Positions 29,832-41,028 of a DNA stretch of 64,000 nucleotides are shown here, one piece after another; within the stretch, counting starts at the first letter, position 1; every line of letters starts with the position of its first letter. Origin of the DNA: Vulcanimicrobiota bacterium (lineage in GTDB: Bacteria > Vulcanimicrobiota > Vulcanimicrobiia > Vulcanimicrobiales > Vulcanimicrobiaceae); the NCBI GenBank assembly GCA_963714015.1, contig OY970223.1, positions 2,176,001-2,240,000 of the forward strand, given 5' to 3'. The notes beneath the pieces are model-generated. The model made no database searches, was not told the DNA's origin, and saw only the letters and a list, made by a program, of their open reading frames with translations. The position numbers were made by a program, and so were the translations under genes.

Positions 29832-32096
29832 ACCTGGTCTGCATCGGCGGCGGCCCGGCCGGATTGTACTTCGGGCTGCTGATGAAGAAGGCCGATTCGG
29901 GCCATCGCGTTCGCGTGATAGAACGTAACCGCCCATACGACACGTTCGGCTGGGGCGTCGTGTTTTCGGACGCGACGCTCGAGAATCTGCAGCGAGCCGA
30001 CGAAGCCACCCACGACGAGATTCGCGCGGGGTTCGCGCACTGGGACGACATCGAGATCCATTTCAAAGGGCACACGCTTCGCTCCGGCGGACACGGGTTC
30101 TCCGGCATCGGCCGCAAGCATCTGCTGAACATCCTGCAACGGCGCGCCGAAGAGCTCGGCGTGGAGCTCGTGTTCGAAAGAGAGGTCGCGGACCTCGGGC
30201 CGTACCGCGATGCGGATCTGATCGTCGCCTCCGACGGCATCAATAGCCGCGTGCGCGCGACGAACGCCGATCGCTTCCAACCCGACTTGGACACGCGCAA
30301 CTGCCGCTTCGTCTGGCTGGGAACGACGCTGCCGCTCGACGCGTTCACCTTCGTCTTCGAACGCACCGAGCACGGCTGGTTCACCGTCCACGCATATCGT
30401 TTCGACGAGAACACGAGCACATGGATCGTCGAATGCCGCGAGGAGACTTGGGTCGCCCACGGCCTAGATCGCGCCGATACCCAAACCACGCTGCGCTTCT
30501 GCGAGGACCTGTTTGCGCCGTATCTGCACGGCCACGCGCTGATGTCGAACAGCCCGCACCTGCGCGGCCGCGACTGGCTCAACTTCACGCGCGTCAGCAA
30601 CGCGCACTGGACCGACGGCAATATCGTGCTGCTGGGGGACGCGGCGCATTCGGCGCATTTCTCAGTGGGATCCGGAACCAAACTCGCTATGGAGGACGCG
30701 ATTGCGCTGCAGCGCGCCCTTTGCGAAGAACTTTCCATGACGGCTGCGCTCGAACGCTACGAAAGCGAACGGCGCATCGAAGTGCTGCGGCTGCAGAACG
30801 CGGCGCGCAACAGCACCGAATGGTTCGAAAACGTCGCCCGCTACGCGCAGTCTGCCGCCCGAACAGTTCGCGTACAGCTTGCTCACGCGCAGTCAGCGCA
30901 TCAGCCACGAAAATCTGCGGCTGCGCGACAAAAACTACGTCGAGTCGGTGGAGCGCTGGTTCTCACCCGCGGGCGAACCCGTGCCGCCGATGTTCACGCC
31001 GATCCGGCTGCGCGAACTCGAGCTGCGCAACCGGGTCGTCGTCTCGCCGATGGACATGTACAGCGCGATTGAAGGAACGCCGAACGACTTTCATTTGGTG
31101 CACCTGGGTGCGCGCGCGCTTGGCGGCGCGGGCATGGTCTATACGGAGATGACGTGCGTGAGTCCCGAAGGGCGGATTACACCCGGCTGCACCGGGATGT
31201 ACAAGACCGAGCACCTCGCGGCGTGGAAACGCATCGTCGATTTCGTGCATGAATGGAGCGGCGCTAAGATCTGCCTGCAGCTGGGACACAGCGGCCCCAA
31301 AGGTTCGACGAAACTGATGTGGGAGGGCATGGACGAGCCGCTCGCCGAGGGCAATTGGCCCGTCAGCGGACCCTCGCCGATACGGTACGGTCCGCAGAAT
31401 CAACTGCCGCGCGAACTCTCCTGCGCCGAGATGAATCACATTCGCAGCGAATTCGTGCGCGCGTCGGAAATGGGAGTTCAAGCCGGGTTCGACATGCTCG
31501 AGTTGCACTGCGCACATGGGTACTTGCTGTCGAGCTTCATCACGCCGCTGCAAAACCGGCGCAGCGACGAGTACGGCGGATCGCTCGAGAATCGCCTGCG
31601 CTATCCGCTCGAGGTCTTCGCGGCGATGCGCGCGGTGTGGCCGGAGCATTTGCCGATGTCCGTGCGCATCTCAGCTACGGACTGGGTTGAGGGCGGCATC
31701 ACGGCCGAGGACTCCGTCGAGATTGCGCGGGCCTTTAAAGCCGCCGGCGTGGATTTGGTCGACGTCTCGACCGGCCAAACCTCGCGCGAAGCGAATCCAG
31801 TGTACGGCCGCATGTTTCAAACGCCGTATGCGGATCGAATTCGCAACGAGGTCGGCGTCAAGACGATGGCGGTCGGCAACATTTTCGAACCGGACCACGT
31901 CAACGGAATCATCGCAGCGGGGCGCGCGGATCTCTGCGCGATCGGGCGGCCGCACCTTGCCGATCCGAACTGGACGCTGCACGCCGCCGCCCAGCTCGGG
32001 TACACCGGCCTGGAATGGCCCGTGCAATATTTGCCGGGCAAATCGCAGCTCGAGCGCAATTTGGCGCGTGCGGCGGAGATTTCCGGCCGCATATGA
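29828..32096 (+). CDS. abmA: Bifunctional anthraniloyl/salicylyl-CoA monooxygenase-reductase (frameshift near 30851)
   Basis: [34 protein letters not shown] flavin monooxygenase fused to an old-yellow-enzyme domain ([23 protein letters not shown]); repaired junction reads [16 protein letters not shown]. Confidence 0.9.
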
Positions 32097-32810
32097 ATTT
32101 TGAGGGAAAGCACGCCGTCGTCACCGGCGGTAATCGCGGGATCGGTCTTGCGATCGCACGGGAGTCTGCGCGCGAACGGCGCTCGCGTAAGTGTCATAAG
32201 CCGCTCGGCGTTGCCGGCGGACGAAACGTTTGCCCACGCCGCGGCCGACGTGCGCGAGGAGCGGCAAGTCGCGATCGCATTCGCCGCCTCCCGCAAAGCG
32301 AACGGCCCGGTTTCGATTTTGATAAACAACTCCGGCATCGCCGAATCGGCGCCGTTCAAGCGAACCGATCGAACCATGTGGGATCGGATCGTCGGGACGA
32401 ATCTCACGGGGACCTACGTGTGCACGCGCGAGGTCATCGAGGAGATGCTTGCCGCCAAATGGGGCCGCATCGTGAACGTCGCCAGCATAGCCGGCCTCTA
32501 CGGCGCGCCGTATATATCCGCGTATTGCGCGAGCAAACACGGCGTGATGGGACTTACGCGCGCGCTCTCGGCGGAGCTCGCAAACAGCGGCGTCACGGTG
32601 AATGCCGTCTGTCCGGGCTATACCGAAACGGATATGATGGCTTCGGCAGTTGGGAACATCGTCAAGCGTACCGGACTCTCCGCGGAGTTGGCGCGCGCCG
32701 AACTCGCGAAGACGAATCCGTCCGGAAGCATTGTTGCGGTGGAAGAAGTCGCGCGCGCCGTCGTCCAGCTCTGCCAGGACGGCTCCAACGGCCGCGAAGT
32801 GATTCTTTAA
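32093..32810 (+). CDS. SDR oxidoreductase (abm-cluster 3-hydroxyacyl-CoA dehydrogenase-like; frameshift near 32165)
   Basis: [29 protein letters not shown] overlap with abmA. Confidence 0.88.
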
Positions 32811-32816
32811 GAATAT

Positions 32817-33839
32817 CTACAGAATTGCTTTGACCAGGCCGCGGGGTGCGTCGCTCTGCACGCCGCGTGCGCGGCCCAAATAGAGCGCGAGCATCTGTCC
32901 GGCCACCAGCCACGAGAGCGGATCGAATGGTCCCGAATACAACGGTCCGAGCACCGGGAGATCTTCGGTGCGTTCGCCCACGACGTAGCCGAGCGCGCCG
33001 GCACCCAGCGCTTCGGTTAGGGCGCGTCGCACGAGGCGATCCGAGCGTTCGTCGATGATGCCCAGTATGGCGCATGAAGCGTCGAGCATCGCAGCACTGC
33101 CGTGACGGAATTCTCCGGCGGCAAAACCCTCGGCATGAAGGTAGCTGGCTTCTTTGATCTTCAGTGCGAACTCGCCGGCGATTGGCAAGCCGTAGCCGCT
33201 GCCGATTACGACGACGCTCGAACGCGTCGATATGCGCGCGGCCGCGTCGCGAACCGCGCCCGTGTCGGGGCTATTGAGCCACGTTTCGACGGCATCCGCG
33301 ATCCGCACGAGCGCTTCGGCACCGCCGGCGCCGTCCGTGCTCAGGAGCGCCGCCACCCATAGCAGTATCGCCGCCATGGCCGTGACCGTTTTGCTGGCGG
33401 GCACTGCGATCTCCTCACCGCAATCGGCGTGGATGCACAGTGTTGCGCGCCGGCCGAGCGGCGAATCGGGAGTGTTTGTGATCGCGATCAAACAGCTGGG
33501 CTGCAGCACGTCGAGCGCGTCGAGAACGTCCGTGGATTTACCGCTCTGCGAGCAGACGATTGCGGTCGTGCGCGCATAGACGACATGATCGATTGCCGCC
33601 TCGGTGGCCGCAATTGCCTGCGCCCGGACTCCTCGGCATCGCAGCGCAATCGCGCCCAGCTGCGCGACGAAGAGGGAACTGCCGCTGCCGATCAAGATCA
33701 CTTCCCGGCCCGCAATCGCGTCCGCGACCGCGCGCGCCTTATTTGTGGCGGCGAGCGCGCGCCAAATCGCCGGCTGTTCCCGAATCTCGCTCTCGAAGTT
33801 TGCCCCCAGCACGTTTCCGTTATCCGTTTGCGAAGTCAT
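32817..33839 (-). CDS. Double-SIS-domain protein, GlmS-isomerase-like (glucosamine-6-phosphate deaminase NagB-II-like)
   Basis: EIREQP, GSGSS, SQSGKS, VPASKT, ALKIKE...EF.HG; no glutaminase domain. Confidence 0.82.
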   Translation of the reverse strand: MTSQTDNGNVLGANFESEIREQPAIWRALAATNKARAVADAIAGREVILIGSGSSLFVAQLGAIALRCRGVRAQAIAATEAAIDHVVYARTTAIVCSQSGKSTDVLDALDVLQPSCLIAITNTPDSPLGRRATLCIHADCGEEIAVPASKTVTAMAAILLWVAALLSTDGAGGAEALVRIADAVETWLNSPDTGAVRDAAARISTRSSVVVIGSGYGLPIAGEFALKIKEASYLHAEGFAAGEFRHGSAAMLDASCAILGIIDERSDRLVRRALTEALGAGALGYVVGERTEDLPVLGPLYSGPFDPLSWLVAGQMLALYLGRARGVQSDAPRGLVKAIL

Positions 33840-35931
33840 GGCCCGAGCGTACCGCGCAGCACGGTGATCGACTGCGGCGCAAGCGTATAGGCTGAATCGG
33901 CATGCACGATCGACGTAACCGGCGGATTATCAGGACTAGGAGCGGACTGCGATCCGCGAGACCGCCAAACGTACTGATCGCTTCCGAACGTGACGCGCGT
34001 CACCGATCCGGTGAACGCGCGCGCGCCGGCGAATACCAATTTGACGGGCAGGCGGCACGCGCATTTGTTGACCAGCATGACGGACCAAGTATTCCCGGGA
34101 CGCTTTACGGGATACGCCGTCAGCAGCCGGCTGCTCGTGCGCGCGCGATAAAGGCGCTGCACGCGATTTGCCGGATCCAGCCACTGCCTTGCGATCATCT
34201 CGCCGCCGTAGAATTGGGCGCCGCGGGCGCGAATGCGCGCGTGGGCGTCCGCCACGAACATGGTGAGGTTACCCCAGTCGGCCGGACACTGCTCGTTCTG
34301 CGAGAGCGGGACCGGCTCGTACTGATAGTAGACGATCCCCTTCACGCCTTCTTCCAAGAAGCCCGCCATATAGTCCGCGAGCCATAAGGCGCCTTCAATC
34401 TGCATCGGCGTCTGCGTGAAGTTCACGGCCGAGAAGTTCGCTTCGGTGACGTACATCGGGACGTTCGGCGGAACACCGTCGCGGCGCCACGCGGAGACGA
34501 CGGTGTGGATGATGCCGCTCTCGCTCTCCAAGTCTTTGAGCAGGGCCGCGCCGTGCTCGCAGCCGTCGAACGGATAATGTTCGAACGACATGAAGTTCAG
34601 TTGGGCCAGAGCGCCGTGCGCGTGCAGATAATTGAGAAAACGGTTGAGCCACGAGACGTTTGCCGTGTGCATCCGGCCACCATTGCAAATCGGAGTTCAC
34701 ACCGGAGAAGACAGGGCCGCCGAGCGCCAATCCGGGAAACTTGCGGTGAATTGCGCGCGCCCATTGAACGTAGAGCGCGGCGTCATCTTCGGGCTCGATG
34801 TACTGTCCGTCGGGCTCCTCACCGAGCTCGATCCGTTCGATCGGATAGCCGCGCGCGTGCAGATATTGCACCTCGGCGACCGCGTTCTCCGGCGTGCTGT
34901 AGATCATGGCGACCGGATAGGTGCCGCCGAGTCCGCGCGTCAGTCCGCTGCGCGCAATGAGATCGAGCCCGGGCTGTTCCTGGTCGCGCACCCGGGTTGC
35001 CGCCGTATGCCATGGATCGACGGACGAAACGTACATTGCCGTTTGACGCAACCCGCAAGCGTAGCGCTTGGGCAAATATCCGCCGCAACGGCGCATGATG
35101 GACGTAATCGCTGAAGACGGTGCGGCGCAGGACGCCGACGGACAGCTCCTCGATCGCATAGCCGACGCAGTTGCGCTTGTCGGCGGCACCGTGGGAGTCG
35201 CAGGTATTCGACGACCTCGACATCAGCACGCGCACGAAGCGCGCGTTTATGGGTTTTCTCGCAAGACGCAGCGTAACCGTACTGCCTTGGCCGTTCGATG
35301 CGGCGCCTTGCGGGAAATCTTTCCAGGATCCGTGTGCGGGGTCACCGATCGCATCGCTTCCGGTCCAGTATGAAACGCGATACGCCGTCGCATACGGCGA
35401 GCCCCACGCGATGCGAACTGCGTTCACCGGCTTTGCCGCATTCAAATCCGCCACGACCCATTGGGGATGAAGCGCTTCGGATTCTCCGGTGAATGCGGAC
35501 GTCAAATACGGATTACTTTTCCAATAGGTCTTCGGATCGCCGTCGTCGATGCGCGAGTAGTCGGCGTTGTTCCCCTGATCGGTCGTGGAACCGCGATGCG
35601 GAAGACGGTAACCGAAGGAATCGGCGATCGGCGCGCCGGGGACTGCGCTGCTGGTCCAGTATCCGGCGTTGCCGGCGCTGAATGCGCCGGCGGGATTCCA
35701 GTGCCAATCTTGCGACGAAAGCTCGGTGAAGAGCCGGTAGCTGAGCCAGCCGAATCCCGGCTGCAGCATTTGGCGCACGTTCTCCGGCGAGTACAGGGCG
35801 GGAATCGTTCCGGCCGGCTCCTTGTCCACGGTGGACCCGACAGCGTCGCGCGCACGGAACGTGTTGACTGCATGCGAGGTGTCTACGTCGACGGTGACAA
35901 GTGACGCGAGCAGCGCGACGAGTTGAATCAA
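33836..35931 (-). CDS. Secreted clan GH-A-like glycoside hydrolase with inserted F5/8 (CBM32/discoidin) domain (frameshifts near 35088 and 34660)
   Basis: IDDGDPKTYW..., QWVVADL, ARFVRV discoidin motifs; ELGEEPD, GGP, SFEHYP and YVTE TIM-barrel motifs; C-terminal beta-sandwich LAPQSITVL. Confidence 0.72.
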
Positions 35932-37392
35932 CGGCGCACTGCGGCGCGGCGCGCGCGTGTCTGCGCAGGCCGCCGATGGCCCGACAGCGGCGAAGGCGCG
36001 TAGCCCGGACCGGATTCCGCAATCGGCGTCGAGATCGTGATGTCCGATTGACCGCTCGTGCCGGCGATCGGCGGTGCCTGAGGAACGCTGCCTGCCGATT
36101 TTTCGAGCGAGGCGACGGCTTCATACAGCGGGTAGTCGACGCCGATCGCCTGCACGGAGATCGTGTCGCCTTGGCCGGAGACGGGGAAGCTCGGCGTGTT
36201 TGCGGCGTTGTTGTCGGCGGCCGTGCAGATGCTCGGACTCGGCGTCAGATTTTGAACGCCGCCCCCGATGTTCGTGTTGGGTCCGTCCGCTGCGGGCAGA
36301 TTGTACGTTCCCGAGGACCTCACTTCGATCGTGTAATAGACCGGAGCGAATGCCGTGCCTTTGGGTCCTTGACAGTTGTTTGCCGTGCTTCCGGGCGTTC
36401 CCACAGGGCCCCAGTCGACGATCTGCACGAATTCCTCGGTGACGCCGCCGGGAACCGTTACTGCAAGTGTTGCGCCCCCGTCGCCGTTTGCATCCGGAAC
36501 GACGCGCGGAGCGCTAATCGCCGGCAGCACGATGCCCGCATTGAGATTGGCGGTCTGAGCGATATTGCTGACACTTTGCGAACCGCCGTTTCCGACGGTC
36601 GCAACGGCGACATTGAGCTTGTACGTTCCGGATCCGGCCGCGAGGCCTTCGAATACCGTGATTCCTTCGGCCAAGCCCAAGAAGTACGGTTGTCCGAAAG
36701 TATCGTCGCCTTGAACGGTAAGGCCGTCACGATCGCCCATGTGATCGCCGTTGGGGTCGAACGCCGGCGGACCGCCCCATGGGACGAAGAGCGGGTGCGT
36801 GCTTCCGTCGTCGTAGAGCGGCTGAGGATACGGCGCGTATCCGTCCGCCTGTCCAGTGACGGGATACGAGTTGAACGGCGCAAGGCCCATCGCAAAGACG
36901 CCGCCGCTCTGTCCGAACGTCGTAGCATTCGGCGGAATGTTGTTGGTACACGCGGTGAAGTTAGCGGGCACACTCCCCGTCCCGTCGCAATATGGAGTCC
37001 CCAATTGCACGAGTTGCGACGTGCCGGTGATCGCCGGAGTCGCTGCCGTCGTCTCGGACAAACTCGGTCCGGCGTTGGGAATCGTCGTATACGGATCTTG
37101 ATCGGCACCATTTGCAGGCGCTGCTGCTGCGCTTCCCCAGAGTGAAGGGACCGGTGATTTTCGGCGTATCCGCGCCGATTGCGGTTTGTCCGTTCGGCTG
37201 GCGCAGCGTCGAGACCACGTTCAAGCCGGTCGCGCTTCCGTAGATGTTCGCGGTTCCGACGGCAAACTGCAGTTTCGCGTAGCTCTGACTCGTCGGATTA
37301 ACGGAGCTGATCGGCACGCCTGCAGATCCGGCGCCGCAGCCGGCGATCGAGCCGCCGCAAAGAAGCGCGGCGATAAGGCGGAGTGTTTTCAT
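35928..37392 (-). CDS. Lipoprotein encoded directly after the TBDR (frameshift near 37136)
   Basis: MKTLRL...IAGC lipobox; two ORFs join at a G-run; Gly/Thr/Pro-rich beta-type sequence. Confidence 0.75.
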
Positions 37393-37401
37393 CGTTGTCT
37401 C

Positions 37402-40400
37402 CTAGAGGGCAATCTGCAGATAGAACCGGTACGTGCGTCCGGGTACGTAGAATTCTTGGAACGGCAGCCAGTACTGATCGTAGTAGCTCTCGTTACGTCC
37501 ACCGGCCAGGTAAATCGGATTAGGAACGCCGCCTTGCACGATCGGGTAGTCGACGGCGTATTGGCCGGTCTGTGCGCCTCCGACGCCCGTGGCGACGGGT
37601 TGCCAATCCGTGTTCGGCTGCGGCTGTCCGCGATAGTTATCGAACAGGTTGCTGACGTAGACGCCCCACGTCAAGCGATCGTGCGTATATTCCAGATCGA
37701 GATCCGAATACAGGCGCGGCGCGGTGAACGCTTGTCCGGCAAGCGCGGGCTCGTTGTTGCCGCGGCATGCGAAATCTCGCGGATTCAAGTAACTTCCCGG
37801 ATCGGCCGGATCGACGTAGCACGTCGCGTCGATGGGTAAATTCGGACCAGCGGCACCAGCGTATGGCGTCGCGACGCCGAGGTTTCCGGTCGGCATGTGA
37901 TAGAGCACGCCGTTGATGTAGCCGATTGCATCGCGGCCGACGCCGAACGGCTCGCCGCCGTCGAAGTCCAAAATCGGATTCACCCGAATCCCGCCCTTCG
38001 TCGCGTAAGTAATACCTGCGCGCGCCGAGAACGGCGGCAGGAAGCTCTGATGGAAAAGCACGTTTGACTCGTACAAGAACTGCTGCGCGATCGGCAGGCT
38101 GTCGGACCCGCTGACCGGCGGTGTGTCCGTGAGTTCATTGATGTAGTTTGCCGTCAAAAATCCGCTCCAGCCGTACTCGCGCACCGGCGTCGTGAGCATG
38201 AACTCGACACCGAGCGCTTTTTGCAATCCGGTTTCACGCTCTTGAAATGAGCCGGCCGTCTGCTGTCCCGTGACCGGGTTCGGCGGTCCGTTGTTGAGTT
38301 CGACCGTTTGGAACGTATCGAAACCGCGGCGCGCGTAGCCGGTCAACTTCATGCCCCAGGCGTTCTTGAATTGATGCTGATAGCTGAGGTCCCAATTGTT
38401 GTACGTCGACGGACGCTGGCCGCCGTAATCCGGCGCGCTATATCCCTGGTCAAAATTCCAGTACAGCGCTTCGGCGTAATTCGGGCACTTGAAGAACCAG
38501 CCGGAATATGGATTGGCCGGCGTGCCGATGATGTCGGCGCCGCCGAAGTACACGTTGGGATTTTGCGTGTACGTACCGTTCCCGTTGGTGCCCGGTCCGT
38601 GCCAGCCGCTGCCGCAGGCCGGATTTCCGGCCGAGTCCTGGGCCGGAATCTGATAGAGGATCGGGTTAATGTTCTCGAGCGAGCTCGGCGTGCCGGCGTA
38701 CTGACCGAAGAAGTCGCTGACGGAGCGTCCGAAACTGACTCGTGCACTGTCGTTTTGGTCGAAGATGTAATCGACCGACGCGCGCGGCTCCAGATCGCGC
38801 GGCCTAAGAAACGTATTCGGCAACTGCGCGAAGCTCAGTCCCACGTCATACGGGTTGGAAAGATCCGCGCTGAACGGATTTGCACCCCACTTCAGATTCT
38901 GTCCGTCCATGCGCACACCGTAGTCGATGTTCCATTTCGCACTCGGCGTCCATTGGTCACGGATGCCGACGCCGAAATCTTGGAAGTCGGTGTTGTGATA
39001 GTTCCAGCCCGCGGTCGGCATCGCCGGCAATTGCCCGTTCCATTTGCCGTTCGCCAGCATCCACGAATAGATGTAGCAGCCTTCTTGGGTCGGTGTTTGG
39101 GTGAAGGCGTTGTCGAGCGCCGGTCCGATGCAGGGATTGCTCGCGCTGACCGGTTGTCCCGGATTCACGCGGCAGATACCAATCCCAAATGCGCGGGCCG
39201 TTGGGAGCGTACTGCGACTCGAGAATAGGGGACCCGCTGTATCCGGTGATTTGCTGGTCGTACGACTGCGCGTTGTTGAGGCCCGTCCAGGTGTTGCCGT
39301 CGTTCTGCTGATTCCAATACGGGAAGTTGTTTTCGAACTTGCCGACGAGCGTGAGAATATGTTTCTCGCCCGCCTGCACGACCAGTTGGGACTGCACGCC
39401 GGTCGAACGGCTCCCCTCGGGATTGTAGCCGTTGACGAAATATCCGTCGCCGCCGTCGGTCAAATCGGAATAGTTTCCGGTGATGTTGGACTCGTTCAGG
39501 CCGCCCCAGTTGTAGAAGAAGGTATTCCAGGTCGCGTTTCGGCTCAGTTGCCGGGTGTAACCGATCTTCAAGACGTCGTCGGGTCCGAGATTGTTCTGCT
39601 CCGGCTGAGTGACGGGAACGGACTGGAACGGATTCGACGGATGCGGAACACCTTGCACGTAGGTCAGAATCGAATCGTACCACGCGAGTTGATCCGCGGG
39701 ACTGCACTGCTGGACGCCGGGCGGAAGCGGAAAGTAGCAGCCCCACATGCTGTTGCCGTTGTAGTCCGTTTGCGCGAAGCCGTAGTTCGCCGGATTCCAG
39801 GGATAATACGCAGCCTGCGCGAGGCCGCCGTAGTTCGCCCACGAGCGATGATCGATAAAGTCCGCGAGCACTTGAAGTTGCTGATCGTTGTTGCGGCCGA
39901 AGCGGTAGACGAAGTTGTTCAGAACGTCGTCATCGTACGTCAACGACGTTCCGAAATATGCGCCCACGTCAGCGGCGCTGCGTCCGTAGGGCGCATACTG
40001 CGGCACCGACCGATCGGCGCGAACGGAGAAGAAATCCGAGAAACGCCCATTCTTTGTGGCGGTGCCGTATTGGAACGCAAACGCGTGGTCGTACCACGGC
40101 GACCCCATGTCGAAACTCATGAAACCGTCGCCGGGATACGAACCGCGCCCGGGTATCAAATTCACGACGCCCGCGCCGATGCCGCCTTGCGTCGCGTCGC
40201 CCGCGCCGCTGACGACCTGAAGCGAGCCGCGTCCCCCGCCGATGCCGTTGAGGAATCCGGCGTCGGGGTTTTCATCAAAGAATGCGCCGCGGAAGTCGAT
40301 GCCGTCGAACTGATAGCCGATGTCGACGCTCGCGGATCCGCGAATGGAGAATGCGGCATTGGTTCCCACTTGCGCCGTTTGGATGACGCCCGGTGCCGAT

Positions 40401-40912
40401 TCGACCAGGGTGTTGTAATCCGTGGATCCTTTTTCACCCAGCGCCTGATCGACGCGCGCGCCGCTGAACGTGGTCTCGTCCGTCGTTTGATGCGGCTCGA
40501 AAGCGGAGGATTGCGATCGCGCCGTGACGTGCGCCACAGTCTTCAACGACCCGGACAATCGCACCGTCGCCGCCGTATTCGTTTCATCGCCGAAGACGGC
40601 TACGCCGGTCAACGCGAACGCGTCGTAGCCGTTTTTTTCGAAGGACAGATTGTACGTGTCCGCCGGCAACTGCAAGAATGAATAGTAGCCGTGGTTGTCC
40701 GTAGTCGTTTGGAACCTGCCGGACGGAGAATTGGCGATCACCTGGACCCCCGCCAGGGGCGCGCCGCCCGACGCATCGAGAACGATTCCCCGGAGGTTTC
40801 CGGTGATTCCGCCGGCAGCGGATGCCGCAAGCGGCTGCGCTATACACGTAAAGACGATGGCGGCAAAAGCGATCCAAGACAGAAGGCGGGCAAAGCGAGA
40901 GGTCATGAACAT
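37402..40912 (-). CDS. TonB-dependent receptor (frameshift near 39170)
   Basis: AAGGAG RBS, signal peptide, carboxypeptidase-like domain, FSIRGS, FDGID, GAGVVN plug, C-terminal PGRTYRFYLQIAL. Confidence 0.9.
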
Positions 40913-40962
40913 CGGTTGCTCCTTACGGTCACGGGCGCACGGGCGCTTCGAGGGCTTTTTAT

Positions 40963-40985
40963 TTTTACTAAGGAAAGTAAGTCCT
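40963..40985. promoter_or_regulatory. Candidate ROK repressor operator (copy 1)
   Basis: Minus strand AGGACTTACTTTCCTTAGTAAAA in the divergent TBDR/ROK intergenic region; 21/23 identical to 55027-55049. Confidence 0.7.
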
Positions 40986-41028
40986 CCTTGCTTGTTTTGG
41001 CCCCTGCGGCTCTGATACGGTAGGCACA

